A stretch of 64,000 nucleotides of DNA from NCBI GenBank assembly GCA_951406725.2, contig OX597814.1:218922001-218986000 (forward strand). Direction: 5' to 3'. The notes beneath the pieces were generated by a model. The model was not told where the DNA came from, did not search any database, and saw only the letters and a program-made list of their open reading frames with translations. This document shows, piece by piece, positions 25,732 through 39,176 of the stretch (its first letter is position 1; each line of letters opens with the position of its first letter). Source of the DNA: Octopus vulgaris. Its lineage: Eukaryota. The position numbers were made by a program, and so were the translations under genes.

Positions 25732-26278
25732 CATCATCATCATCTTCTGTCTACCAATGGGTCCAAGGGACCCATTTCAGTTTTTTCAGTTACTTTTTCC
25801 TACTGTTTATATTATTTGATTCAACTGATTTCTCGGGACTCTTATTTTTTCTTGACTCTCTTTTATTTGTCAAATGGGAAATGTTCTGTGTGTTTATAAA
25901 AGCTAGAAAATTTCACTTTGCACTTTAATTACCATATGGGTCCACTGGGCCCTTGAATTAAATTCAGACAATACTCTTGTCATTCTAAGCAGTATCAATT
26001 ATTATTTCCTTAGATATTTATCAGATATAAAATAGATAAAATTGTATTCAATCTATTTGCTGAATTTCAGAGAAAATAGGGAAAATTATGAAAACATTCC
26101 TGTAAATTTGTGTGGTAATGCATCACCTTCAATCTGCTAGGTTATAGGGTGATGCAATATTTCTATGTGATGAAATAGTTCTTACAATATAATGCATCAA
26201 CTTTCAGGAGAGTATAACTATGTGGGAGAGCAATTAGTCTGCTATCAAGTTTCATATAGTTCAGTTGTGCTTTCCAAT

Positions 26279-26860
26279 ATGCCTAGACGTGAAAACTTGC
26301 GTGAAGACCAAATATCGAAAAGGTTATTGGAATTAGATGAAGAATGGGAAGATGATAGTAGTGATTCCTTCTATTGCTCTGAAGATGATGGTGAAAGTGA
26401 TTGTGTGCTGGACATTTTAGGTCCTGTGTCATCAGATGATGACAACACTCAAAAACAATAATCTGCAAGCCACACAATTATGAATGAGCAATATGTTTCT
26501 AGAGACAGACAAGATGTTTGGCATTCTAATCCTCTTATTCAAGCAGCAGTAAGAACTTCATCTTGGAATACTGTGCGCCAAGAATGTGGACCATCCCATT
26601 TTGCTAAAAGGTTTTGCGATAGCATTGAAGCGTGTTTTACTATCTTTATGCGCCAGGTTGAAGGTCAGGTTGTTTACAAAGAAATTGATCACTCTGAACT
26701 AAAGAAATTTATTGGACTGATCATTCTTATAGGTTTTTATAAATCTAAACATGAAAATGTTTCACAGTTATGGAGTCAAGAAGATGGCTGCCCAATATTC
26801 AACAAAATTATGAGCAGGGGGAAAATTTCAATGGATTTTACAAGTATTGCATTTTGATGG
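26279..26860 (+). mobile_element. piggyBac transposase relic (N-terminal part)
   Basis: Acidic N-terminus, then ELKKFIGLIILIGFYKSKHENVSQLWSQEDGCPIFNKIMSR, typical of PGBD transposases; interrupted by stops and deletions. Confidence 0.8.
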
Positions 26861-27066
26861 TTCTAGTTTTAATGAGTGAGCATAAAATATTTAGCCTGTC
26901 CCTAATTTTAATAATACATAGTATGTCAAATGTTTATCATGAAAGTTGTGATGAGGAGGACTTCTTAAATGGTGAAGATGGGCTTAAAATGATGAGGAAA
27001 AAATAAAGATAAACAAAAGGAAAGTAAGAGAGGGAGAGAGAGACAGAGACAGAGAGCAGTACTTAC

Positions 27067-27223
27067 CAAATATATAACAAACAACAAGTATAATACAGTA
27101 CCAAGGATGACAAATAAGTAAATTGCCCAGTGTGATGGAAGTTTTCTCATGTAGATTATCACAAAGAAAAGATTGATAGCAATAACAACAGCAGCAAGAA
27201 CACCCGTAAGAATTTTCATGGGC
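27067..27223 (-). CDS. NRAMP exon PMKILTG...LLFVIYL (duplicate copy A)
   Basis: 157 nt, AG/GT flanked; two synonymous differences from 36459-36615. Confidence 0.85.
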
Positions 27224-28351
27224 CTAAAAAAACAAAACAAACAAAAAATATGTAAGGAAAAGAAAGAATAACATTTATTACTAAATGATATTACTTTTAT
27301 ATTACTGCTATAGCCCCGGGCCGACCAATGCCTTGTGAGTGGATTTGGTAGACGGAAACTGAAAGAAACCTGCCGTATATATGTATATATATATATGTTT
27401 GTGTGTCTGTGTTTGTCCCCCTAGCATTGCTTGACAACTGATGCTGGTGTGTTTATGTCCCCGTCACTTAGCGGTTCGGCAAAAGAGACTGATGGAATAA
27501 GTACTGGGCTTACAAAGAATAAGTCCCTGGGTCGAGTTGCTCGACTAAAGGCGGTGCTCCAGCATGGCCGCAGTCAAATGACTGAAACAAGTAAAAGAGT
27601 AAAAGAGTGCTTTTGTTTTATAGATTTATTTAATGGGTTTTATGGTAATTATTTTCATTGGCATCATGCCAAGGGTTCACATACTATTTTTTTTGTATCT
27701 CTATGCTCAGTAAAAAATGTACCCGTTAATACAGCAGAGATGATTGTAATGAATCCTGCATTTCTCCCAACAAAAACTGGCCTTGCTCTTAGTCATAAGA
27801 TATGTTTATGTCTGAATGAATGTGTGTTGTTTGTTCCTTCTCGAGCCATGCCTGGCTCATAAGGGCCGGTTTCCTGGTTTCTTGGCGTATAGGTTCCCCA
27901 CCTGGAAGGGACGCCGGTCCGTCGCAGGTGAGCTGCAAGATGCAGGAGGAAAGAGTGAGAGAAAGTTGTGGCAAAAGAGTCAGCAGAAGTTCACCATTAC
28001 CTTCTGCCGGAGCCACGTGGAGCTTAGGTGTTTTCACTCATAAACACACACATCGCCCGGTCTGAGATTTGAACCCACGATCCCTCGACCGCGAGTCCAC
28101 TGCTCTAACCACTAGGCCATGTGCCTCTACAATGAATGCGTGTATGTGCTTAGAATTTTAAATCAAAACTTAGTTCCATGCAGACTGTATTGCAGACACA
28201 TACACCTACATTAAACTCTATCATAAATGTATGCAAAACATTAAGTTTCTTCATAAACATAATTTTAGATTTTGTGTGTAACACAATGATACATACCTAC
28301 AATAGCAAAAAGAAAATTGAAAGAAAATTTTGGAGATTTCTGGGTACTTAC

Positions 28352-28468
28352 ATTCCATTTTTGAAGTCATTCATCACACTTTTGGTGCTGGTAAACGTTA
28401 GAATTGGTATCAAAGCGAATGGTAATTGAAGTGACATGAGGACATTTAGCAAATCATTCATACCAGAC
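28352..28468 (-). CDS. NRAMP exon, partial (cut by the gap; copy A)
   Basis: [27 protein letters not shown]...FKNG followed by a GT donor. Confidence 0.85.
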
Positions 28469-28568
28469 NNNNNNNNNNNNNNNNNNNNNNNNNNNNNNNN
28501 NNNNNNNNNNNNNNNNNNNNNNNNNNNNNNNNNNNNNNNNNNNNNNNNNNNNNNNNNNNNNNNNNNNN
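28469..28568. other. Assembly gap (100 N)
   Basis: Run of N. Confidence 1.
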
Positions 28569-28575
28569 ACACACA

Positions 28576-29463
28576 CAAGGGTAATCCCAAAAGTAAAGTC
28601 TCCAGATATATTTAGAAATCACAGAAACGTTTATTGTCAATGATGTTTACATTATTTTAAAGTTTGAACATTTATCTATTTTTCTACATAATCACCGTTT
28701 CGGTCAATGCATTTTTGTAGAAGCTGGGGCAGTTTTTCTTTGCCCATGTCATACCAGCTCACCACCATGTTGTTGAGGAAGTGTTGAATCTCATCTTTTA
28801 CCTCATCATCGTTGCTGAAATGTGTTCCGGCCAAATGTTCTTTCAACTTACGAAACAGGTGGTAGTCACTGGGTGCCAAGTCCTGACTATAAGGGGGTTG
28901 CCAATTATGGTCTTCTGGGAGCATTCGTGAAACCCATCTTGCGCACACCTTCCGATATTGCAACTTTTCACTCAAAACTCTATGAATGGTGCTTCAGGAA
29001 ACCTCAGGAACCAAAATGCAGAAATCATCCAGAGTGATCCGCCGATTTTGACTCTGGATTTGCTCAACCTTCATGACTGTCTCATAGGAAATTGATAGTC
29101 GCCCGCTTCTTTCTTAGTTATGATTTTTAGTATGACCGGCTGCAAGCTCCCTAAACCACTTGTGGACGTTTTTGACATCCATGCATGACTCGCCATACAC
29201 TTCTGTAAATTGGCGATGAATTTCAATCAGTTTAATGCCTTTTGTGTTCAAAAACTGAATAAATGCGCAAACTTCACATTTGGTGGTAGCATCAACCAGG
29301 AGCGCCATCAGATACGACTACCAAGCCAAGACTGAGCGTAGCAGCGAGGTGCATGCAGGTGCAGACACATGCACAACCAACACAACGGTGTTGCCAATAG
29401 CCTCACGCACAGTTTCCCTGCGTCCCCAGCGCTTTGGAGACCTAACTTTGGGGTTCACCCTTG
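28576..29463 (-). mobile_element. Mariner, copy B
   Basis: Nearly identical to 16891-17779. Confidence 0.9.
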
Positions 29464-31168
29464 TACGTATATACATATATATAATTCCTTTTGAAATTGC
29501 ATTTTGTTTGAAATATTTCATACTTTAGATGGTGCAAAAGTCCACATAGGTAGCAGGCAGTACTGAATGTGTAGCCTTAAGAGATAACATCTCTGGAAAC
29601 TATAATTATAGTCTGCCTTATACACATGTCATCTCTTCTACCTTGAGAGATGTCATCTAGTATTTTTTACTGTTCATCAAGAAGTAAACAACCTTAACTA
29701 TGGAATAAAACTCAAGACATAATCTAGCTCTAATACTATTCTGCTACTGACGGTGATATGCTGGCAGAATCTTTAGCACACAAGGCAGAATGCTTAGTGG
29801 CACCCCGTTCATCTTTACATTCTGAGTTCAAATTCTACCAAGATCGACTTTCCTTTTCATCCTTTCTGGGTCGATAAAATAAGTACCAGTTGAAAATAGG
29901 GTTTGATAAAATGAGTACCAGTTGAACACTGTGGTCGAAGTAATCGACTTAACCCCTCCCCCGAAATTGCTGGCTTTGTGTCGAAATTTTGAAATCAACC
30001 TTCCACTGCTGTGTGACTACACTGGTAAAGCTTCGAGAAATCTTAACATTGAATACTTTTTTTTCCATATCAGAGAAAATTTTATATGGCTAAAGTAGAC
30101 GATGAATGAAGAAGCTGCCTCACGGAGTCATGGATTCTGTAAAATCATATACTCTTTTATTTGCTTCAGTCATTTGACTGTGGCCATGCTGGAGCACCGC
30201 CTTTAGTCAAGCAAATCGACCCCGGGACTTATTCTTTGTAAGCCTAGTACTTATTCTATCGGTCTCTTTTGCCAAACAGCTAAGTTACAGGGACGTAAAC
30301 ACACCAGCATCGGTTGTCAGGCGATGTTGAGGGGGGACAAACACAGACACACAAACATACATATACGACAGGCTTCTTTCAGTTTCCGTCTACCAAATTC
30401 TCTCACAAGGCTTTGGTCGGTCAGAGGCTATAGTAGAAGACATTTGCCCAAGGTGCCACGCAGTGGGACTGAACCTGGAACCACGTGGTTGGTAAGCAAG
30501 CTACTTACCACACAGCCACTCCTACACCTGATATATTATAACAGTAATATAGCAGCAGATATAGCTATACAGTAAGAAAGGTTGCAAAGCAATCATGTGG
30601 CTTTCAGTTCAATCCCACACTGCAGCAATTTGGGCAAGTGGTGTTTACTACAGCCTCAAGGGGATTAATGCCTTGAATGAAATTTGACAGACAGAAGTAG
30701 TATGGAAGTCCATCAAGACATACACTCATACCCATGTTAACTCTTACAGTTTTTACCCTTGCCAGCCATTCTACCAGCGACCTATTTCTCTTCTAGTCAT
30801 TTCAGCACGCAGTGACCATCTCACTGAGACACGGTTGTTCTTTTCTTTCTCCATCTTTCTCTCTCCACATCTTCTCTTTCTGTAGAAGAATGCACACTCA
30901 CAATGTAAAAGACTTTTCTTCCTAATTTTCCTAAGCATAATAGACTCTGTTTTTTATTCTTTCCTTCTATTACATGTTTCGGTCATATGACTGTGGTCAT
31001 GCGAGGGAACCGTCATAAAAGGGTTTTAGTCAAATAAATCAATCCCAGGACTTATTCTTTGTAAGCCTAAAGCTTATTCTATCAGTATCTTTTGTCGAAC
31101 CACTAAGTTATGGGGATGTAAACACACCAGCATCAACTGTCAAGTGATGATGGGGGAGAAACACATAA

Positions 31169-31207
<39 letters not shown>

Positions 31208-33694
31208 TATACACAAACAATGGGCTTCTTTCAGATTCTGTCTACCAAATCCACTCACAAAGCTTTGGTCAGCCCAAAGCTATAGTAGAAGTCACTTGCT
31301 TATGCCACTTAAAAATAATTACTAGTGTTTGACTGAACCTGAAATCATGTGGTAGCGATGCATATCAAAGACTTTCAAAGCCTCTCTCTACAAACTGCTT
31401 TTAACTTTGAACATTCTACTCTCTAATTATACTCTGAGTGTTTACAGAGAAGCCAGAAACTGCAACTGGGAGAGATATGCATTTATTTTCAAAGATCTTA
31501 ATTCCTGAGCAGTTGGTAGAATTTAGTAATACCTATTTTGGGACATTACATTAATACTGATTTCTTTTAACTATACAAATGGCTAATACTTAGTGGTGGT
31601 TAAAGGCAGCAAGCTGGCAGAATTGTTAGCATGCTAAGCAGAAAGCTTAGCGGCATTTTGTCCGTCTTTATGTTCAGAGTTCAAATTCTGCCAAAGTTGA
31701 CTTTGCTTTTCGTCCAACAGGGATCAATAAATTATGTACCAGCTGAACACTGGGGTCACTATGATCAACTTACTCCTTCCCATGAAATTGCCAGCCATGT
31801 GCCAAAACATGAAAGCAATATTGGTTGCAACTTTAGGGCAGTGAGCCGGCAGAATGCTTAGTGGCATTTCAGCTGTCTTTACATTCTGAGTTCAAATTCT
31901 GCTGAAGCCAACTTTGTTTCATCCTTTCAGGGTCAATAATATGAGTACCAGTTGAACACTGGGGTTGATATAATCGACTTACTCCCACCCCACCCCCGCA
32001 ATTGCTGGCCTAGTGCCAAAATCTGAAACCAATATTTTTTAGTGGTTAGGTAAGATTTGAACACATAGTTTCACACTTTGATATAGTAGCTATTAGTATA
32101 CTAAAATATAAAAACAATGTTTTGAAAAGCTATAGGACATAAAAATGTTTAAACAATTTGTGAAAATATCGTTAAATGAATAGAAGCTATTCACCTAAAA
32201 AATGTCAGGAATTATATCTTTCATTGACCATCAACATTCACTGTGATTATTATTGAAAAGTTATAGATGTCTTATCAAACACGCTTTTATCCTTGATACT
32301 ATGACCAATTATTTATATTGTATCCCATTAACCACACTTTGATGGTATCAAAGAAGAGAACCAATTGGTGGAAGAATGCCAAATCTAACACACAACAGAT
32401 ATCAGATAATAAGTTAGCTGATGAACAAGAAATATCAGAGTTTTATCAAAGAATCTCTTAAATTTAAAAATATTTTCTTAGGCTTCTTGATGCTTCAATA
32501 TATTATTATATCACGTGATCACGTGACCGACCAGACCATCAGATGTTGTTACACATCGCTAGTCACAATGCGTTCGCATTGTTTTAGAAGAAAGAGTAGG
32601 AGAAAGTGTGGTGAAAGAGTACAGCAGGGATCACCACCCCCTGCCGGAGCCTCGTGGAGCTTTTTAGGTGTTATCGCTGAATAAACACTCACAATGCCCG
32701 GTCTGGGAATCAAAACCGCGATCCTACGACTGCGAGTCCGCTGCCCTAACCACTGGGCCATTGCGCCTCCACATATTATTATATAACAACATATTTATAC
32801 AAACAATTGGTCTTAATATATTAAACAATAGATTTCGAAAAATGTTACATCTGTTCAAACAATAATTCCTTGATTGAATGAACAATGCAAAATAAACACA
32901 ACGTAATTAATATTCACCAAAGCAAGTAGTAGTTTTATGCTAGACATAGCCTGAACAGCTGCCAGCTGATCTAAGCTATCTGATTTATGAATGTATGTTT
33001 GAGTATGTATTTCCTTTCACTGACATATTTACTGTAAAAAATCTTTTTTCTTGTCTATCTCTCTATATTATATACACTACCATAATCTTATCATAAGGAT
33101 ACCAACCCAACTTGTCATGGTAGCCTTAGCTATAATATGGATCTGGTTACTAATAACTGCTACTGCCGTGATAACTGCTGAAATTTAACAACATTGACAC
33201 CTTAACATGTAAACTTATCCACTGAGTCTGAATACATATCTAATCTCTGTTTTCACTCAAGCAGCAAAAGATAGCAGCCAAATCTCCCTCAAATTGCACC
33301 TCACCATTTTAGAAAGGGACACGCTATATAATGTGATTTTGGGTTCCTTACATATAGGTAGCAGAAGGGAAGGTCATGGTTGTACTGCCTTAATCAAAGG
33401 CCCAATTTATCAGTGCAGAGCTGGAGTTAAACAAGAATAGTGCAAGCGTGAGGTGCAGGTGTGAGGTACGGGTGTGAGGTGCAGGTGTGAGGCACAGGTG
33501 TGAGGTGCAGGTGTGAGGTACAGGTGTGGCTGTGTGCTAAGAAGTTTGCTTCCCAACCATGGTTCCAGGTTCAGTCCCACTGTGTAGCACCTTGGGCAAA
33601 TGTCCTCTACTATAGCCTTGTGCCAACCAAAGCCTTGTGAGTGGATTTGGTAGATGGAAACTGAAAGAAGCCTGTCATAATAATAATAATAATA

Positions 33695-33726
<32 letters not shown>

Positions 33727-34153
33727 TGAGTGTGTGTGTCTTTGTATCTGTGTGTCCACCAGCATCGCTTGACAACCAGTATTGGTGTGTTTACATCCCT
33801 GTAACTTATCGGTTCAGCAAAAGAGAGCAATAAGATAAGGAGTAAGTAGTAGGTGTAAAAAAGAAAAAACACCCTGGGGAGGAGAAGGGCGACTTGTTTG
33901 GCTAAGACCCTTCAAGGTGATGATCCAGCATGACCACAGTCAACTGACTGAAACAAGTAAAAGAAAAATTCAAAGACCTGTTTCAGAAATACTACAGGTA
34001 CACACAATCAATAATACCAATGACACTTCAAAGCCGAAGCACTCATTCTTTAATACTAGTTACACTGCAGATGCACTGATTTAGTGAAACTAGTCATACT
34101 ACTGACACACATGTGTTTCTGTGAAGAGAAGGTCGAAGGTCAACTATACTTAC

Positions 34154-34204
34154 TGGTAGCTTTAGAAGACACTGAACACCCATTGTAACGAGACAGAAGT
34201 ATGT
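34154..34204 (-). CDS. SLC11A2-like: NRAMP/DMT1 exon TYFCLVTMGVQCLLKLP
   Basis: Phase 0/0, AG..GT, in frame with the previous exon; resembles the post-TM12 WQCLIALG segment of DMT1. Confidence 0.8.
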
Positions 34205-34329
34205 CTGAAAAAATATTGGAAAGAGAAAAATTATCAAGAATTGTCACTGTTGAATAAAAATACCTTGATCAAATATCTTAGTAAATAATTACACATAGCT
34301 ATACACAAATTAGAAACACACACACACAC

Positions 34330-34381
<52 letters not shown>

Positions 34382-34384
<3 letters not shown>

Positions 34385-35416
34385 ATTTACAAGATAAGGG
34401 CAGAAGAAAAATTCTAATGCCAGATACGCCGAAACAAAAAATTGTCGATAACCATTAAATTTATGCGTCTCGAAACAAACCGATAGAAATCTCTAAAAAA
34501 TTCGTTATTACCATACTGGTCCAATTTCAGGGTTAATTCACAAGAAATTTTCCCCTCTTCAGTGGCACATACAGGAGATATAAATGAAATACTTATTCAT
34601 ACCCACGGAAGAAGCAAGCACCAAGTCCTGAGCAGACTTAAGTACCCCAAATATATCCAAAATAGAAAAATCTTCGGTGCACCTCGAGACACGTGTGATT
34701 CGAACTAGAAACTTTCACAGAGTGATAGAATCCAGAAGTGAACCCTAATCTATTTCTAATTGATATAGGATAAAATTTTTTTCGGGAAAAGAATTTTATC
34801 AATGGCCAGCATATCAAAAAATGCCTTTAAAGGTAAAATTTATACATAATTTACAAGATAAGGGCAGAAGAAAAATTCTAATGCCAGATACGCCGAAACA
34901 AAAACTTGTCGATAACCATTAAATTTATGCGTCTCGAAACAAACCGATAGAAATCTCTAAAAAATTCGTTATTACCGTATTGGTCCAATTCTGTGAAAGT
35001 TTCTAGTTCGAATCACACGTGTCTCGAGGTGTGCTGAAGATTTTTCTATTTTGGATATATTTGGGGTACTTAAGTCTGCTTGGGACTTGGGGCTTGCTTC
35101 TTCCGTGGGTATGAATAAGTATTTCATTTATATCTCGCGTATGTGCCGCTGAAGATGGGAAAATTTCTTGTGAATTAACCCCGAAATTGGACCAATATGG
35201 TAATAACGAATTTTTTAGAGATTTCTATCAGTTTGTTTCGAGACGCATAAATTTAATGGTTATCGACAAGTTTTTGTTTCGGTGTATCTGGCATTAGAAT
35301 TTTTCTTCTGCCCTTATCTTGTAAATTATGTATAGATTTTACCTTTAAAGGCATTTTTTGATATGCTGGCCATTGATAAAATTTTTTTCCCGAAAAAATT
35401 TTATCCTATATCAATT
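34382..35416. mobile_element. Retrozyme-like foldback, copy B (hammerheads 34509-34567 on -, 35144-35202 on +)
   Basis: Same layout as 23285-24300. The minus-strand hammerhead has a fully paired stem I (TGCCA/TGGTA). Confidence 0.85.
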
Positions 35417-36458
35417 ATATATATATATATATCAAACTAAAATTGCAAAACTAAAATGGCCATAGGGATAAGTAAATATGGTTCCCTTTTTAACCATAAG
35501 GCTTCTTTTACTTGAATAATTATTTAATAAGATTTCTAAACGATGAACTTTTATTTTATTTACATGATATATATTATATATTTTTTATATGCTCCTATAT
35601 GTGTATATATATATATATTTTATATATTTTTATATACCTATATATTTATATATTACTTTATATTATATTTTTACTTTCTAGGTGTTGTAATGTTTTTTAA
35701 AAAAAAATGTATTTTTCTGAATCACTAAGGTATTAACTCTAAACTGTGATGAAAAATTTTTTTGTTTTTATAAATCTAAACATGAAAATGTCACACAGTT
35801 ATGGAGTCAAGAAGATGGCTGCCCAATATTCAACAAAATTATGAGCAGGGGGAAAATTTCAATGGATTTTACAAGTATTGCGTTTTGATGGTTCTAGTTT
35901 TAATGAGTGAGCATAAAATATTTAGCCTGTCCCTAATTTTAATAATACATAGTATGTCAAATGTTTATAAAGAACATGAAAGTTGTGATGAGGAGGACTT
36001 CTTAAATGGTGAAGATGTCTTAAAATGATGAGGAAAATATAAAGATAAACAAAACACCATCCGATTGTGGCCGTTCGCCAGCCTCGTCTGGCACCTGTGT
36101 CGGTGGCACATAAAAAACACCATCCAAGCGTGGCCGATCGCCAGCCTCATCTGGCACCTGTGTCGGTGGCACATAAAAAACACCATCCGAGCGTGGCCGT
36201 CCGCCAGCCTCGTCTGGCACCTGTGTCGGTGGCACATAAAAAACACCTACTACACTCACAGAGTGTTTGGCGTTAGGAAGGGCATCCAGCTGTAGAAACA
36301 CTGCCAGATCTGACTGGCCTGGTGCAGCCTTCGGGCTCCCCAGACCCCAGTTGAACTGTCCAACCCATGCTAGCATGGAAAGCGGACGTTAAACGATGAT
36401 GATGATGATGAAAAGGAAAGTAAGAGAGAGAGAGAGAGAGACAGAGAGCAGTACTTAC

Positions 36459-36615
36459 CAAATATATAACAAACAACAAGTATAATACAGTACCAAGGAT
36501 GACAAATAAGTAAATTGCCCAGTGTGATGGAAGTTTTCTCATGTAGATTATCACAAAGAAAAGATTGATAGCAATAACAACAGCAGCAAGAACACCAGTG
36601 AGAATTTTCATGGGC
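36459..36615 (-). CDS. SLC11A2-like: NRAMP/DMT1 exon (TM11-12)
   Basis: (M)PMKILTGVLAAVVIAINLFFVIIYMRKLPSHWAIYLFVILGTVLYLLFVIYL; phase 2/0. Confidence 0.9.
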
Positions 36616-37749
36616 CTAAAAAAACAAAACAAACAAAAAATATGTAAGGAAACGAAAGAATAACATTTATTACTAAATGATATTACTTTTATATTACTGC
36701 TATAGCCCCGGGCCAACCAATGCCTTGTGAGTGGATTTGGTAGACGGAAACTGAAAGAAACCTGTCGTATATATGTATATATATATATACATATGTTTGT
36801 GTGTCTGTGTTTGTCCCCCTAGCATTGCTTGACAACTGATGCTGGTGTGTTTATGTCCCCGTCACTTAGCGGTTCGGCAAAAGAGACTGATGGAATAAGT
36901 ACTGGGCTTACAAAGAATAAGTCCCTGGGTTGATTTGCTCGACTAAAGGCGGTGCTCCAGCATGGCCGCAGTCAAATGACTGAAACAAGTAAAAGAGTAA
37001 AAGAGTGCTTTTGTTTTATAGATTTATTTAATGGGTTTTATGGTAATTATTTTCATTGGCATCATGCCAAGGGTTCACATACTATTTGTTTTGTATCTCT
37101 ATGCTCAGTAAAAAATGTACCCGTTAATACAGCAGAGATGATTGTAATGAATCATGCATTTCTCCCAACAAAAACTGGCCTTGCTCTTAGTCAAAAGATA
37201 TGTTTATGTCTGAATGAATGTGTGTTGTTTGTTCCTTCTCGAGCCACGCCTGGCTCATAAGGGCCGGTTTCCTGGTTTCTTGGCGTATAGGTTCCCCACC
37301 TGGATGGGACGCCGGTCCGTCGCAGGTGAGCTGCAAGATGCAGGAGGAAAGAGTGAGAGAAAGTTGTGGCGAAAGAGTCAGCAGAAGTTCGCCATTACCT
37401 TCTGCCGGAGCCGCGTGGAGCTTAGGTGTTTTCACTCATAAACACACACATCGCCCGGTCTGAGATTTGAACCCACGATCCCTCGACCGCGAGTCCACTG
37501 CTCTAACCACTAGGCCATGTGCCTCTACAATGAATGCGTGTATGTGCTTAGAATTTTAAATCAAAACTTAGTTCCATGCAGACTGTATTGCAGACACATA
37601 CACCTACATTAAACTCTATCATAAATGTATGCAAAACATTAAGTTTCTTCATAAACATAATTTTAGATTTTGTGTGTAACACAATGATACATACCTACAA
37701 TAGCAAAAAGAAAATTTAAAGAAAATTTTGGAGATTTCTGGGTACTTAC

Positions 37750-37973
37750 ATTCCATTTTTGAAGTCATTCATCACACTTTTGGTGCTGGTAAACGTTAGA
37801 ATTGGTATCAAAGCGAATGGTAATTGAAGTGACATGAGGACATTTAGCAAATCATTCATACCAGACAAATCATTGATTCCTCTAAAGAAAGCTATTAAGA
37901 CAGTTGGCATAATTGCAATTGATCTTGTGAGTAAAACACGTTGCCATCTTTTCCAGTAGAGATTAAGGAAACC
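37750..37973 (-). CDS. SLC11A2-like: NRAMP/DMT1 exon (TM9-10)
   Basis: [24 protein letters not shown]...[24 protein letters not shown]...FKNG; 224 nt, AG/GT flanked. Confidence 0.95.
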
Positions 37974-38260
37974 CTGATATGAAAAAATATGGATAAAAAT
38001 ATAAATTGATTAAAAACAAAATAGATTACAGTCAGTGAAGTTTACCGAAGTTTATAGGCATTTAGCAGTGAAAAGGGCCAAATGTTGGATTATAAAGTAT
38101 AAAACGCAAAGTACAAGACCTTAACCCTTTAGCATTCAAACCGGCCATATCTGGCCAAAATATTTAACCTGTTTTATATTGAAACTGACCAGATCTCGCC
38201 TCTCACCTCAGCCCTACCATGTCATTTTAAAACTAAAAGATCACATCACTGAAATCTCTA

Positions 38261-39142
38261 TTTTTAATTATCACATTATTGTCTGACAGCGCCTCGCGTC
38301 AGGTTCGTTTCGATTTGTCGGTTCGTTCCACTTCTTGTCTCCATTCAATTTTTATATAAATATTTAAGACGCGCAATTCTCTCCCTTTGCTTTACCCACT
38401 CCACTCTCGCTCCCTCTCACTCTTCCCCTTTTCTCTCTCTTAGCCGTGTGTCCCCCTCCTCCTTCCTTCTTTCTCACTCCCAGCTTAAAAACTTTCTCTC
38501 TTTCGCATGCTGCCTCTGCTGCTGAAAAGTCTTGCTTCCCTACGCTGCCACACAACATCTTTCTTTGGTTTTTCTCATTTGTCCTCTTGTTTGTTTGATA
38601 TTTCCCGTATTGTATTCCCTTTTTATTTCTCGTCTTGTATTTTTTTGTACATGTATTTTTATCTTGTATTTTATCTTGTATTTTATTGTTACATCCTGTT
38701 TGTGTTCTTACCCGTTTTACCCCGCTGCTTGGAATTTTATTTTAATTCTCTCGCAGGAAGGCCTAGTTAACGAGTGTCCTGTCTTGCCTTCGAAACACGC
38801 CTGAGTTAACTAGCGACAGCTGATGACGGTGGATTTTTCCTTGTGTAGCTTGTCCTGTACTTGTTTTCTTGTAAAAAATTTTTGGATTTTTCCTTGTGTA
38901 GCCTGTCCTGTACTTGTCGTAAAAAATGTTTGTTTTTCCCGTTTCTACGTCTTGTTGTGGCGTCCTGTACTTACATATATTTATTTATTTATATATGCAT
39001 GTATATATACATGTAGATGTAGGTACGTACATATATGTTTGTATGTATGCATATATTTTTAATTATCACATTATTGTCTGACAGCGCCCCGCGTCAGGTT
39101 CGTTTCGATTTGTTGGTTCGTTCCACTTCTTGTCTCCATTCA

Positions 39143-39146
<4 letters not shown>
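38261..39146. mobile_element. Non-coding element with direct terminal repeats of about 88 bp (pLTR-like)
   Basis: TTTTAATTATCACATTATTGTCTGACAGCG...CCATTCAATTT at about 38262-38350 and 39057-39145; followed by (TA)n. Confidence 0.7.

Positions 39147-39176
<30 letters not shown>

Noticed and set aside
26388-26402. CTGAAGA...GAAA in the piggyBac relic
   Set aside because: No stem I, II or III pairing; a chance match in acidic coding sequence.
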